Shown here piece by piece: positions 26,514 to 35,589 of a DNA stretch of 47,194 nt (its first letter is position 1; every line of letters starts with the position of its first letter). Both the position numbers and the translations under genes were made by a program. The notes under the pieces were generated by a model. It was not told the origin of the DNA. It ran no database searches and saw nothing but the letters and a program-made list of their open reading frames with translations. Source of the stretch: a virus (lineage: Duplodnaviria; Caudoviricetes); IMG/VR virus record IMGVR_UViG_3300032212_000694, positions 1-47,194 of that record; one strand, given 5' to 3'.

Positions 26514-27718
26514 GAGTAATTCTAAGTGTTATATTTATAATTAGTAGCCTACTGATGGCTGGGCAAAACACGAGAGCATTAATCGGAGATGATTATCCGA
26601 ATTCATTTCTTAATCCTGCTGCGATAACTATAAATAGTCAAATAACAGGGAAAATTGAAACTGGAAGGGATTTTGATGTATTCTGGTTTAAGTTATCAGA
26701 AGCCGATGGAATTGTTGTTGATATTAAACAAATAGCCGATACAGGATGGATAAATTTTGCAATTTACAAGCAAGATACTATAGGGACAGTAATCAATTTT
26801 TTTGGGGGAGAAGATAAATGGAATACTTACCCAGACCTTGGAAAAGGAAAAGTTTCTGACACTTTTCATCATGAATTAGAAGGATCAAATTTTGCAGCTT
26901 CTAAGTATGAAACTTTTAATGTAAATTTAAAAGCTGGAGCATATTATATTGTAATATATTCTAGTGATGATACATACATAGGAGAATACAATTTTAATTT
27001 AAAATCATATGGAGAAAATGTTGTATTCCAGCCAGACCAAGCTACAATTACCTATTGTAAAAATACACCATCCTTATGTGGAATCACTACATCAGCTACA
27101 CCTCCAACAGCTCCAACAACAAATATAGACTGCAACACAAAAGCAATACAACAAGCAATATATTCAGGTTGGAATTTAGTGGGAACATCGGAAAGTAATT
27201 GTACATTTGAGGAACTAAAAAAACAAGGTGCTGATGCTGTATATGCTTATGAGAATGGTTCATGGATTACAAGTGGAAATATTAAATCAGGTAGAGGTTT
27301 TTGGATTAAAAAAAATAGTAACACATCAACTTCTAATATTAAGATAAATCAATTTAGTAGAAATAAAAATATTGTTACGGATAATTCAACTGGACTTATG
27401 TGGCAAGATGATATTAGTGCAAAAAGTAATAAAATAAATTATGAAGATGCCATACTATATTGCTCCAATTTAACTTTAAGTAGCTATGTAGATTGGCGTT
27501 TACCTTCAATAGATGAATTAAAATCTATTTTAGATACTAGTTATACACCAACAATAAATCCAATATTCCAAAATACTGCAACATCATATCGCTACTTGAC
27601 AGTCTCTAGTTATAAAGATTTTACTGATCGCGAATGGATTATTTGGTTTGATGATGGTTATACAGGGTTTGGATATAAGCGAGATAGCAGTTTTGTTCGC
27701 TGTGTCAGGTCAAAATAG
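26510..27718 (+). CDS. Secreted modular protein: PPC-like N-terminus, GWNLV...GFWIK module, C-terminal DUF1566/Lcl domain
   Basis: Signal peptide; VTDNSTGLMWQ, DWRLPSIDEL, FVRCVR. Confidence 0.8.
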   Translation: MRVILSVIFIISSLLMAGQNTRALIGDDYPNSFLNPAAITINSQITGKIETGRDFDVFWFKLSEADGIVVDIKQIADTGWINFAIYKQDTIGTVINFFGGEDKWNTYPDLGKGKVSDTFHHELEGSNFAASKYETFNVNLKAGAYYIVIYSSDDTYIGEYNFNLKSYGENVVFQPDQATITYCKNTPSLCGITTSATPPTAPTTNIDCNTKAIQQAIYSGWNLVGTSESNCTFEELKKQGADAVYAYENGSWITSGNIKSGRGFWIKKNSNTSTSNIKINQFSRNKNIVTDNSTGLMWQDDISAKSNKINYEDAILYCSNLTLSSYVDWRLPSIDELKSILDTSYTPTINPIFQNTATSYRYLTVSSYKDFTDREWIIWFDDGYTGFGYKRDSSFVRCVRSK

Positions 27719-27785
27719 CGGGCAAAACTAGCTGTATATTTGATAATGGAAAATATTAATTTAAAAATAAATTAAAGGAGTTTAA

Positions 27786-28094
27786 ATGGATACGGTTTCA
27801 TTTTATCTTAACAAGGCTTGCTTTGGTGGTGTAATACTTTATGAAAATTCTTTGTATTTATTAGCTATACTAGGTATTTATTTGGTTTATAGATATACAA
27901 GTTTATTGAAAAAATATATAAAGTATATACCAATTGCTGTTGGAATTATAGCTGCTGTAGTTCTATTTGATGGATATAAACAATATCAAGTTGCATACCC
28001 TCCAGTAGAAGAACCAGAGCTGTCTTCAGATTTATCATTTTTGGATAGTCCTAAAGAAGAGAAAACATGGTGTGCCAAAAAACTTAATTTGTAG
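27786..28094 (+). CDS. Small membrane protein
   Basis: AAGGAG RBS; two hydrophobic helices. Confidence 0.65.
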   Translation: MDTVSFYLNKACFGGVILYENSLYLLAILGIYLVYRYTSLLKKYIKYIPIAVGIIAAVVLFDGYKQYQVAYPPVEEPELSSDLSFLDSPKEEKTWCAKKLNL

Positions 28095-28097
28095 TTT

Positions 28098-28493
28098 TCA
28101 CACCAAATTCAAATCCCTCTTAGCCAGTTCTTGAAGATATGCACTTCTATTTGAGTTAAAGTCAGACTTTGCTTTTTCATCTACTGCTTTGAGCAGAGTA
28201 GAGTTTATCATCATGTTTATTCTTACGTTACTGTCTTTCTTAACGTCTACAATATGAGTTAGAGCATCTTTGGGAATGTCAAGTTCTGCTCTTACATCTT
28301 CTGTAAAGTGTGCGAAGTTGTGGGCTTTTAGGAACTTTTCATCTTCAAGCCAAAGTTCAGCTGCTTCTTGAATCATTTCACAAGCTTGTTCAAAATTATC
28401 TCCCTCACTAATGCAACCTGGCAAATCAGGAACTACTGCAATGTATGCTTCTTTTTCTTCTTCATCTGGGTATAAAAATGCTATATATTTCAT
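28098..28493 (-). CDS. hicB: HicB antitoxin
   Basis: VPDLPGCISEGDNFEQA..MIQEA plus C-terminal RHH (RINMMI...NRSAYL). Confidence 0.92.
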   Translation of the reverse strand: MKYIAFLYPDEEEKEAYIAVVPDLPGCISEGDNFEQACEMIQEAAELWLEDEKFLKAHNFAHFTEDVRAELDIPKDALTHIVDVKKDSNVRINMMINSTLLKAVDEKAKSDFNSNRSAYLQELAKRDLNLV

Positions 28494-28502
28494 GATTTTC
28501 CT

Positions 28503-28691
28503 TTAAAGGAGATCTACTCCTGATTGTTTTTCAATGCTTTTTACAGTTCCAATTTTTAGGTCTTTAGCACCATGATGTGGAACAGTAACATTTTTTTCAT
28601 TATTTGTCATTTTGATATGAGAACCTTTTTGAGACTTCTTGTAAAAACCAGCTTTTTCAAGTTTTTTGATTATCTCTTTAGCGTTCATCAT
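28503..28691 (-). CDS. hicA: HicA toxin (mRNA interferase)
   Basis: GF...QKGSHIKM...VTVPHHG.KDL.IGT..SI; start after AAGGAG. Confidence 0.92.
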   Translation of the reverse strand: MMNAKEIIKKLEKAGFYKKSQKGSHIKMTNNEKNVTVPHHGAKDLKIGTVKSIEKQSGVDLL

Positions 28692-28735
28692 ATCTCCTTT
28701 TATATTACACATTATACACACTGTATACTTAAGAT

Positions 28736-28760
28736 ATTATTACACATGGTGTGTAATAAT
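28736..28760. promoter_or_regulatory. Palindromic operator upstream of hicAB
   Basis: attattacaca-tgg-tgtgtaataat, perfect 11-bp arms; TATAAT box nearby on the minus strand. Confidence 0.65.
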
Positions 28761-28877
28761 AATTAATGTCATATAAATACCATAATTCCAAAAAAAATGA
28801 TAGACCCCAAAAAACGCGGTCTATTTTAATTTCCCAAAAACTGCAAAAATACGCCAAACATTGAAAAAGGCGTAAAA

Positions 28878-29120
28878 GTGGCATTAACTTTAGGACAACA
28901 ACTAGATGAAGTTCAAAATGCAATATCTGCAGTAACAACATCGCAAAGTTATGAATCGGGTGGCAATAGTTTAACCCGTGCTCGTCTTGAAGCATTAGAA
29001 GCTCGTGAAGAAAAACTACTTAGAAAAATAGAAAGTGCGCCAAATGGTCGTAATACTATTGAAGGTCAAAACACTACGCCAAAACGCAAGGGACCAAGAA
29101 TTAAAAAGGCAGTTTGGTAA
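28878..29120 (+). CDS. Head-tail joining protein (gpW-like)
   Basis: QSYESGGNSLTRARL; directly before the portal. Confidence 0.75.
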   Translation: MALTLGQQLDEVQNAISAVTTSQSYESGGNSLTRARLEALEAREEKLLRKIESAPNGRNTIEGQNTTPKRKGPRIKKAVW

Positions 29121-29156
29121 TGACAAGTATTAAAGTACAGTACAGTGAGGCACTAA

Positions 29157-30725
29157 ATGCCGAATCGTAAACCTACTGCAAATTTAAACTTTATTGACAA
29201 AACAATTATGTACTTTAACCCTCAAAATGGCTTAAAACGTACACAAGCAAGATTACAACATCAAACACTAGCAAACGGTGGTTACATTGGTGCAGATACC
29301 TCGCGTCGTTCAATGCGTTCAGCTAATACACTAGCTGGTTCATCAGATTCAGACGATATTCCATCACTAAATAATTTACGTGCAATTTCAAGAGATATGG
29401 ACAGAAACGGTCCAATCCCTCGCGGTGCAATAGACACTATGCGCTACAACATACTAGGTTCAGGCTTAAGGGTTCAATCTCAAATAGATTATGAGTTTTT
29501 AGGTTTTACTGTAGATGAAGCCCGTGCATGGGAGAGTAAAGCAGAAAGAATTTTTAAATTTTGGGCGGAATCAGAAAATGCAGATGTTGAAAGAACATCT
29601 AATTTTTATGAACTACAAACAATTGCACTTATAGGAACTTTTGTAAGTGGAGACATTTTTACTGCAATGCCATACATTGACAGAAAAGATAGCCCTTATT
29701 CATTAGCACTACAACTAATCGAAGCTGATAGAGTAAGCAACCCAAATAATGCAATGGATTCTAAGCGCATTGCAGGTGGAATAGAAAACGATGCACTAGG
29801 CGCACCAACTCATTACCACATTACAAAGTTTCACCCTGGTGATTTAGGTTTAGCTAACTCATGGAAAAAAGTACCTGTATTTGGAACTAGTGGACGCAGA
29901 AATATTTTACATACTTTTGAAAAAAGACGACCAGGACAAAGAAGAGGAATATCTCTACTAGCACCTGTAATAGAACCACTGAAACAGCTAACGGACTACA
30001 CACATGCAGAACTTACAGCAGCAGTTGTAAGTGGAATGTTTACAGTTTTCATTGAAACACCAGAGGGTGAAGCAGCTGAGGGCTTAGACGCAGAAGCCCA
30101 AAACTATCAACCTGATGAAATGAAAATGGAAGCTGGTGCAATTCTTGGTTTAGCAGGAGGTGAAAAAGTCACAACTGCAAATCCTAACCGTCCAAATACT
30201 GCATTTGACCCTTTTACTCAAGCAGTTTTAAAACAAATTGGTGCAGCACTTAATTTACCATTTGAAGTACTCATGAAACATTTCACTGCATCATACTCCG
30301 CATCACGTGGAGCACTCCTTGAAGCTTGGAAAATGTTTCGTACTAGAAGAACATGGTTTTCTCAAAAATTTACACAACCAGTTTATGAAGCACTTTTAAC
30401 AGAAGCAGTACTTCTAGGACATTTAAACGCACCTGGCTTTTTAGAAGATCCAATGGTTAAAAAAGCTTATTGCGGTGCATCGTGGAATGGTCCAGCGCAA
30501 GGACAACTAAATCCTGTAAATGAAACTAAAGCAGCTATTAGTCGAGTCGAAGAGGGATTTAGTACACGTACAAAAGAAGCGTCTGAAATTAACGGTACTG
30601 ATTACGACCAAAATATTAAACGTGCTCAAACAGAAACAAACCAACTTAGAAGTTCAGGACTATATGAACTAAAAAATCCACAAGTTGAAACAGAAGAAAC
30701 TCCAAAAAAGGAAGATGATGAGTAA
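29157..30725 (+). CDS. Portal protein, lambda family
   Basis: LQLIEADR, RPGQRRGIS.LAPV, SYSASRGALLE. Confidence 0.95.
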   Translation: MPNRKPTANLNFIDKTIMYFNPQNGLKRTQARLQHQTLANGGYIGADTSRRSMRSANTLAGSSDSDDIPSLNNLRAISRDMDRNGPIPRGAIDTMRYNILGSGLRVQSQIDYEFLGFTVDEARAWESKAERIFKFWAESENADVERTSNFYELQTIALIGTFVSGDIFTAMPYIDRKDSPYSLALQLIEADRVSNPNNAMDSKRIAGGIENDALGAPTHYHITKFHPGDLGLANSWKKVPVFGTSGRRNILHTFEKRRPGQRRGISLLAPVIEPLKQLTDYTHAELTAAVVSGMFTVFIETPEGEAAEGLDAEAQNYQPDEMKMEAGAILGLAGGEKVTTANPNRPNTAFDPFTQAVLKQIGAALNLPFEVLMKHFTASYSASRGALLEAWKMFRTRRTWFSQKFTQPVYEALLTEAVLLGHLNAPGFLEDPMVKKAYCGASWNGPAQGQLNPVNETKAAISRVEEGFSTRTKEASEINGTDYDQNIKRAQTETNQLRSSGLYELKNPQVETEETPKKEDDE

Positions 30726-31668
30726 GCCAATGACAATACCAATGAATACGCAATTAAAAGCAGAGGCACATTTTGATTTAAGTGCGATTGATAGTGAAAA
30801 GAAAAAGGTTTCATTTATTTTAAGTGATGAAACAAAAGTAACTCGTTTTAGTTGGAGCAATGGCCATTATATGCTCCAACTTCTTCATGGTGAAGAAAAT
30901 ATAGACCTAAGCCGTGCAGGAATTATGAAGCTTTTTTATCAACATGAAACACACGGCTCAACCCCACCAATTGGAAAGCTAGAAAATATTCGTATAGAAG
31001 ATAAAAAATTAAAAGCAGATGCCTACTTCGATGCAGAAGATGAATTTGCAATGCAGATATTTGGAAAAATTGAGCGTGGTTTTTTAGAAAGTGTTTCTGT
31101 TGGTATTTCAGTTTTGAAAGGGCGCATGAAAAAGTTTGAAAATAAGCCCAATGAATTTACAGCCTCAGTTTGGCAATTAAACGAGGTGAGCGTTGTAAAT
31201 ATCCCAGCGATACCAACGGCAAAAGTTGGGCTTTCGCAAGAAAACTTTAAAGGAGAAGGTATGGATGAGGAATTAACGCAAGAGAGCGTTTTAAAAGATT
31301 ACCCAAAAATTGCGCAAGCATTTAAAGATGAGGGAATCAAAATCGGATTATCCCAAGGTGCAACAGCAGAACGTGAACGTATTTTGTCTATTCAAAAATT
31401 ATCACAACCTGGTTATGAAGAAGTCATTACTGAAGCTCTATCAGACAACGAAATGACACCTGAAAAAGTAAAAGTAAAACTATTTGATGCAATGCAATCA
31501 AAGCGTGACACATCATTTTCAGAACATAAAGCAGATGGTGAGTCACTTGGTAAAGATTTATCAGAGCTTAGTGGTTCAAAAGCTGAGGGTGGTGATGGAG
31601 CTGATGAAGATCAAGCAGTTTTAGCACAAATGACAGAAGCTGGAAAACAACATAGAGGAGAAGCGTAA
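30718..31668 (+). CDS. Prohead protease (HK97-type) fused to a scaffold domain
   Basis: H...PIGK, VSVG and EVSVVNIPA motifs; C-terminal GATAERERI scaffold pattern; likely start 30718. Confidence 0.8.
   Translation: MSKPMTIPMNTQLKAEAHFDLSAIDSEKKKVSFILSDETKVTRFSWSNGHYMLQLLHGEENIDLSRAGIMKLFYQHETHGSTPPIGKLENIRIEDKKLKADAYFDAEDEFAMQIFGKIERGFLESVSVGISVLKGRMKKFENKPNEFTASVWQLNEVSVVNIPAIPTAKVGLSQENFKGEGMDEELTQESVLKDYPKIAQAFKDEGIKIGLSQGATAERERILSIQKLSQPGYEEVITEALSDNEMTPEKVKVKLFDAMQSKRDTSFSEHKADGESLGKDLSELSGSKAEGGDGADEDQAVLAQMTEAGKQHRGEA
31261..31668 (+). CDS. Nested in-frame scaffolding protein (Nu3-like internal start)
   Basis: AAGGAGAAGGT directly before the in-frame ATG 31261. Confidence 0.6.
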   Translation: MDEELTQESVLKDYPKIAQAFKDEGIKIGLSQGATAERERILSIQKLSQPGYEEVITEALSDNEMTPEKVKVKLFDAMQSKRDTSFSEHKADGESLGKDLSELSGSKAEGGDGADEDQAVLAQMTEAGKQHRGEA

Positions 31669-32024
31669 TGGCTGAGACATACACACCTGACAATCTAATT
31701 GCAGGGACAACACAACTAATTACAGAAAGTGTAACGGTTGCTTCAAGTGCTGCACTAACTCGTGGCGCGGTTCTTGGAGTAGTAACAGCAAGCGGTAAAT
31801 TGCTGTTAAGTGTAAGTACTGCAATTGACGGTAGCCAAACACCATATGCAGTTCTAGCCGAAGATTGCGATGCAAGTGGTGGTGATGTAACCAATGTTGC
31901 AGTTTACGTAAAAGGTGAGTTTAACGAAAATGCGTTGAGCTTTGGAGTAGGACATGATGCAACAACCGTGAAGAGTACTTTACGTGATGGTGGTATCTAT
32001 ATTAAATCAGCCCTAACGGCATAA
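31668..32024 (+). CDS. Head decoration protein (lambda gpD family)
   Basis: LTRGAVLG, DGSQTPYAVLAED, GEFNENAL. Confidence 0.9.
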   Translation: MAETYTPDNLIAGTTQLITESVTVASSAALTRGAVLGVVTASGKLLLSVSTAIDGSQTPYAVLAEDCDASGGDVTNVAVYVKGEFNENALSFGVGHDATTVKSTLRDGGIYIKSALTA

Positions 32025-32034
32025 GGAGAGAAAT

Positions 32035-33081
32035 ATGATTAGTATTTTTGCAAGTCGTGCAATGATTCCAGCAATGCGTCAAGAGAAAAAATCTGGACGC
32101 TTTTTATTAGATTTACTGTTTGCACGTGTATCAACATCAACAGCTGAAACAGTTGACATTGATATTGTTAAGGGTAAACGTAGAATGGCTCCATTTCAAT
32201 CACCTCGTGTTGAGGGTAAATTAGTTGAGAAATTAGGTTTTTCTACAAATAGCTACAAACCAGCATACGTTAAACCAAAATTTGCAACAACGGCTGAAGA
32301 TTTAATGAACAATCGTGTAGCTGGAGAAAATGTCTATTCTGGTGATACTGGGAATCGCGCAGCTGTAACTTTAGTTGAAGAACTAAATGATCATGAAGAC
32401 ATGATTTCTAGACGCGAAGAGTGGATGTGTGCTCAACAGCTTGTTAATGGTTATGTTGATGTAGTTGGTGATGGCGTAAATTATAGAATTGACCTTCTTA
32501 TGGATGCTAACCACAAAGTAACACTAGCTGGTGGTGCTGTTTGGAATGATTATGTAAATTCTGACCCTGATTCTGACATTGAAGCTTGGACTACATTAAT
32601 ATCTAAAAATGGTGGTGCAAGTGCAGATGTTATGATTGCCAATCCTGCAACAATGAATGTATATATTAAACACCCTAAGGTAAAAGACAACCTTAACACT
32701 CGTCGTATTGATTTAGGGCAAATCAAGCCTGAAGATTTAGGTGAAGGTGTTTCATATTATGGTTATGTGATTGTTAATGGAAAAACTATTGATCTTTACG
32801 GTTATGAAGAGTGGTATGAAGATGATGCTGGTACTGAACAACCAATGATTGCTGATGGTCAAGTTGTACTTACTTCAACTAGAGCAGATTTTCGTCGTCA
32901 CTATGGTGCTATTAAAGATTTAGATGCAATCGCTGAACTTGGTTCAAACATGGTTGCACTTCCTCGCTACCCTAAATCATGGACAGTAAAAGACCCATCG
33001 GTTCGTTTTGTAATGGTCCAATCAGCACCACTTCCAGCTGCACATCAAATTGATGCAATCGTAAGCGGAAAGGTATTCTAA
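32035..33081 (+). CDS. Major capsid protein (lambda gpE family)
   Basis: RRMAPF.SP, RREEWMCAQ, DPS.RF.MVQSAPLP. Confidence 0.93.
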   Translation: MISIFASRAMIPAMRQEKKSGRFLLDLLFARVSTSTAETVDIDIVKGKRRMAPFQSPRVEGKLVEKLGFSTNSYKPAYVKPKFATTAEDLMNNRVAGENVYSGDTGNRAAVTLVEELNDHEDMISRREEWMCAQQLVNGYVDVVGDGVNYRIDLLMDANHKVTLAGGAVWNDYVNSDPDSDIEAWTTLISKNGGASADVMIANPATMNVYIKHPKVKDNLNTRRIDLGQIKPEDLGEGVSYYGYVIVNGKTIDLYGYEEWYEDDAGTEQPMIADGQVVLTSTRADFRRHYGAIKDLDAIAELGSNMVALPRYPKSWTVKDPSVRFVMVQSAPLPAAHQIDAIVSGKVF

Positions 33082-33359
33082 TGAAATTTATTAAAGCGTT
33101 AAACGCGATTAAAGCAGATGGCGAACGCCACAGTGCTGGTGAGGTTTTAGAAGTTGGTGTAGATATTGAACTTGATATTGCAAAAGAGCTTGTAAGTAAA
33201 GGTGCTTGTGAAGAGGCAGTAAAACCTACAGCTGATGAAGTTGCACTAAGTGATATGAGTAAAGCTGAGTTAATAGAGTATGCAAACTCTATTGACCTTG
33301 AAATTGATGAAAAGTTAACTAAAGCAAAAATGATTGAATTCATTGAGGCTAACGAATAA
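33081..33359 (+). CDS. Small head-associated protein (gpFI position)
   Basis: Follows the capsid gene; C-terminal short helical MSKAELIEYA...TKAKMIE domain. Confidence 0.6.
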   Translation: MKFIKALNAIKADGERHSAGEVLEVGVDIELDIAKELVSKGACEEAVKPTADEVALSDMSKAELIEYANSIDLEIDEKLTKAKMIEFIEANE

Positions 33360-33655
33360 TGACTTTTCAAGAGCAAATGAAACTTGATTTGTTAGCTACA
33401 AAATACAATGAGGGTGAGTTTGCTCGACCTGCGGTTTTAGACCGTGGCGGTGAAATTAGAGACATTACAGTTGCTTTACTAGATGGCATTGAAATAGATG
33501 AATTCTACGAAGATGCTGTTGACTGTATGAACGATCAAGTTCTAGATGTAGTAAATGGTGACTTACTAACTATTGGAACTACACAGTATGAAATATTTAG
33601 TAAAGAGCCTAATGGTTTAAATGAAACAACTTTACTTTTAAAGGACAACACGTGA
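33359..33655 (+). CDS. Head-tail joining protein (gpFII-like)
   Basis: GDLLTIGTTQYEI...G...LLL pattern; synteny. Confidence 0.65.
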   Translation: MTFQEQMKLDLLATKYNEGEFARPAVLDRGGEIRDITVALLDGIEIDEFYEDAVDCMNDQVLDVVNGDLLTIGTTQYEIFSKEPNGLNETTLLLKDNT

Positions 33656-33936
33656 CAGAAGCAGAAGCTATTGGCGCGGTAGAAACAGCAATTGCACCAC
33701 TTGTAAAAGCTGATGTAATGATTGTCGGCTCTCAAACAGAGCCAAATAGTCGTAAAGATTACATTGTAATTGTTGGAGTTATTGCTGAGCGTGGTTCTAA
33801 AAGTGAAGAAGTTCGTATGGCTTTAATGAAATTGGGCAGAGAAAATCCTGAATTTAAGTATCAAGGTTCAGAAGTTCAAAATGGTGATTTCAAAATGGAA
33901 ATCTTTCAAGTAAGTACTTTAATAAAGGGGTATTGA
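33652..33936 (+). CDS. Putative tail completion/terminator protein
   Basis: Synteny only. Confidence 0.45.
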   Translation: MTEAEAIGAVETAIAPLVKADVMIVGSQTEPNSRKDYIVIVGVIAERGSKSEEVRMALMKLGRENPEFKYQGSEVQNGDFKMEIFQVSTLIKGY

Positions 33937-34070
33937 TGAAAACATATATTGCACTTAAAAAGTTGCATAAAGGCAAGCCTATAAAAATTGGTGGTGAAGT
34001 TGAGTTAAGTGATGAAGATGCAGCAACACTTCTCAAATCAAAAGCTGTAAAACTTAAAGGGAACAAATAA
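33936..34070 (+). CDS. Small virion-region protein (44 aa)
   Basis: MKTYIALKKLHKGKPIKIGGEVELSDEDAATLLKSKAVKLKGNK; coupled stop/start on both sides. Confidence 0.65.
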   Translation: MKTYIALKKLHKGKPIKIGGEVELSDEDAATLLKSKAVKLKGNK

Positions 34071-34633
34071 TGGCAAATGAAAAATATATAGCAGGTGGAA
34101 GACTATATTTTAGTCTATTAAATACGGATGGTTCATATCAACCTGAGTATGAGATTGGTGAGGTGCAAGATGTTACTTTAAAAACAGATACGTCTTTTGC
34201 AGAAGCTATGAACAAAGATGGGGCGGTACCTGTTAAATCTGACAAAGTAGCTACTAGTTTTAGTGCAACGTTAAGTTTTAGCACGATTAAAATCAATAAA
34301 GAAAATCTTGCAATGGCTTTAAATGCAACGCTTACAACTGAGATTTTTGCACTTGGCTCGACTCTACCAAATGGTGCAATTGCTGCTATTGAAACAACAC
34401 TTGATGTAATTAATGGTGGTGAGAACACTCTTATAAAAGGTAAATTTAAATTTGTCTCTGAGGTAGCAACGGGAAATAAACAACCAGTACTTGAAATTCC
34501 AATTGCAGCTGTAAGTTCAAACGATTCAATGGCTTTTATGAGTGATGATTTTGCAAAATTAAGTTTTGACTGTGATGTATTAAAACATGATACAGATGGT
34601 TATTTCAAAACATATTTTATTCCAGTGGTGTAG
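34070..34633 (+). CDS. Major tail tube protein
   Basis: G.GRLYF...IGEV..V.L pattern; position before the chaperones. Confidence 0.7.
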   Translation: MANEKYIAGGRLYFSLLNTDGSYQPEYEIGEVQDVTLKTDTSFAEAMNKDGAVPVKSDKVATSFSATLSFSTIKINKENLAMALNATLTTEIFALGSTLPNGAIAAIETTLDVINGGENTLIKGKFKFVSEVATGNKQPVLEIPIAAVSSNDSMAFMSDDFAKLSFDCDVLKHDTDGYFKTYFIPVV

Positions 34634-34636
34634 ATC

Positions 34637-35161
34637 ATGATAAAACTTGAACATGATATAGAACTTAAGATTGGCGATAAAAAGTTTAAAGTTAAAGTTG
34701 CTTCTGAACTAAGTAAGGAACAAGAAGAAAAACTAATTAACTGTGCCAAAGAGAAGTCTAAAGAGCATAACAAAAATCTTAAAAAAGCTGGAAAATTAAA
34801 TCGTAAAATTGGGAAGCTACGCACCCAATACGAACTTAATCAAAAGCTTATTACTGATGGAACAGAAGCTCTAAATGGCAATAAATTGCCACTTGAAGAG
34901 AGTGATAAAGCTCTTATCCGTAAACAGCTTAATTTAGTTGAAGAGATTGACACTCTTCAAGATGAAATTGATGTATGGAATGACAGTTTAAAAGAGACAT
35001 CTACAGGCGAAAAAGAGACTTTAGAATTACGTTATGACTTACTTGTCTCAGGTGCTGATAGTACTGCATTAAAAGAGTTTTGTATATCTAAAAATATTAA
35101 TTTTGGAGTTCTCTTTAAAGAGATAGCAGAATTGACAAAAGAAGATGGCGTAAAAAAGTAA
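34637..35161 (+). CDS. Tail assembly chaperone (gpG-like)
   Basis: Between tail tube and tape measure; ends in slippery A-AAA-AAG. Confidence 0.75.
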   Translation: MIKLEHDIELKIGDKKFKVKVASELSKEQEEKLINCAKEKSKEHNKNLKKAGKLNRKIGKLRTQYELNQKLITDGTEALNGNKLPLEESDKALIRKQLNLVEEIDTLQDEIDVWNDSLKETSTGEKETLELRYDLLVSGADSTALKEFCISKNINFGVLFKEIAELTKEDGVKK

Positions 35162-35403
35162 GGAACGTTATTGCTTACATAAAGACTGAGGGCAAAGATA
35201 ATGACATATTCTCCTATAAACTTAAATGTGAATGGGAGTTTGCACTTTATCGTTTAGTAAAGCTCAGTGCTAAGAATAACGGATTTGGAATTGATGTTAA
35301 GTTTGATGTCATAGAAAAGTATTGTGTCAAAAAGAATATAGCTACAGACAGTATTGAGATGCTTGAGTATGTTGAATATATTGTGAGTGTATTAAAAGAT
35401 TAA
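35152..35403 (+). CDS. -1 frameshift extension (gpT part of gpGT)
   Basis: Heptamer AAAAAAG at 35152-35158; the -1 frame stays open for 81 more codons (VRNVIAYIK...VSVLKD). Confidence 0.75.
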   Translation, partial: KKVRNVIAYIKTEGKDNDIFSYKLKCEWEFALYRLVKLSAKNNGFGIDVKFDVIEKYCVKKNIATDSIEMLEYVEYIVSVLKD

Positions 35404-35425
35404 TAGGAGCGTTGTTATGAAAAGT

Positions 35426-35560
35426 TTAAATAATAATACGGTCGCTTTTATAAACCCAATAGAGCCTTGCAGGTATCAAAAGAAGCCAATAGGGATTAAC
35501 GTTGACAACTGCCAAAATGACTGAGACAAAAGCAACGAGCATTGTAAATATAAGTTCCAT
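35426..35560 (-). CDS. Small membrane protein moron (44 aa)
   Basis: MELIFTMLVAFVSVILAVVNVNPYWLLLIPARLYWVYKSDRIII; TGnTATACT box 7 nt upstream of the ATG. Confidence 0.6.
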   Translation of the reverse strand: MELIFTMLVAFVSVILAVVNVNPYWLLLIPARLYWVYKSDRIII

Positions 35561-35589
35561 AATGAATAGTATACCACAAGGTGTGCATA

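Noticed and set aside
670-27718. Complete DGR in the window
   Set aside because: No reverse transcriptase, Avd or adenine-variant template repeat found.
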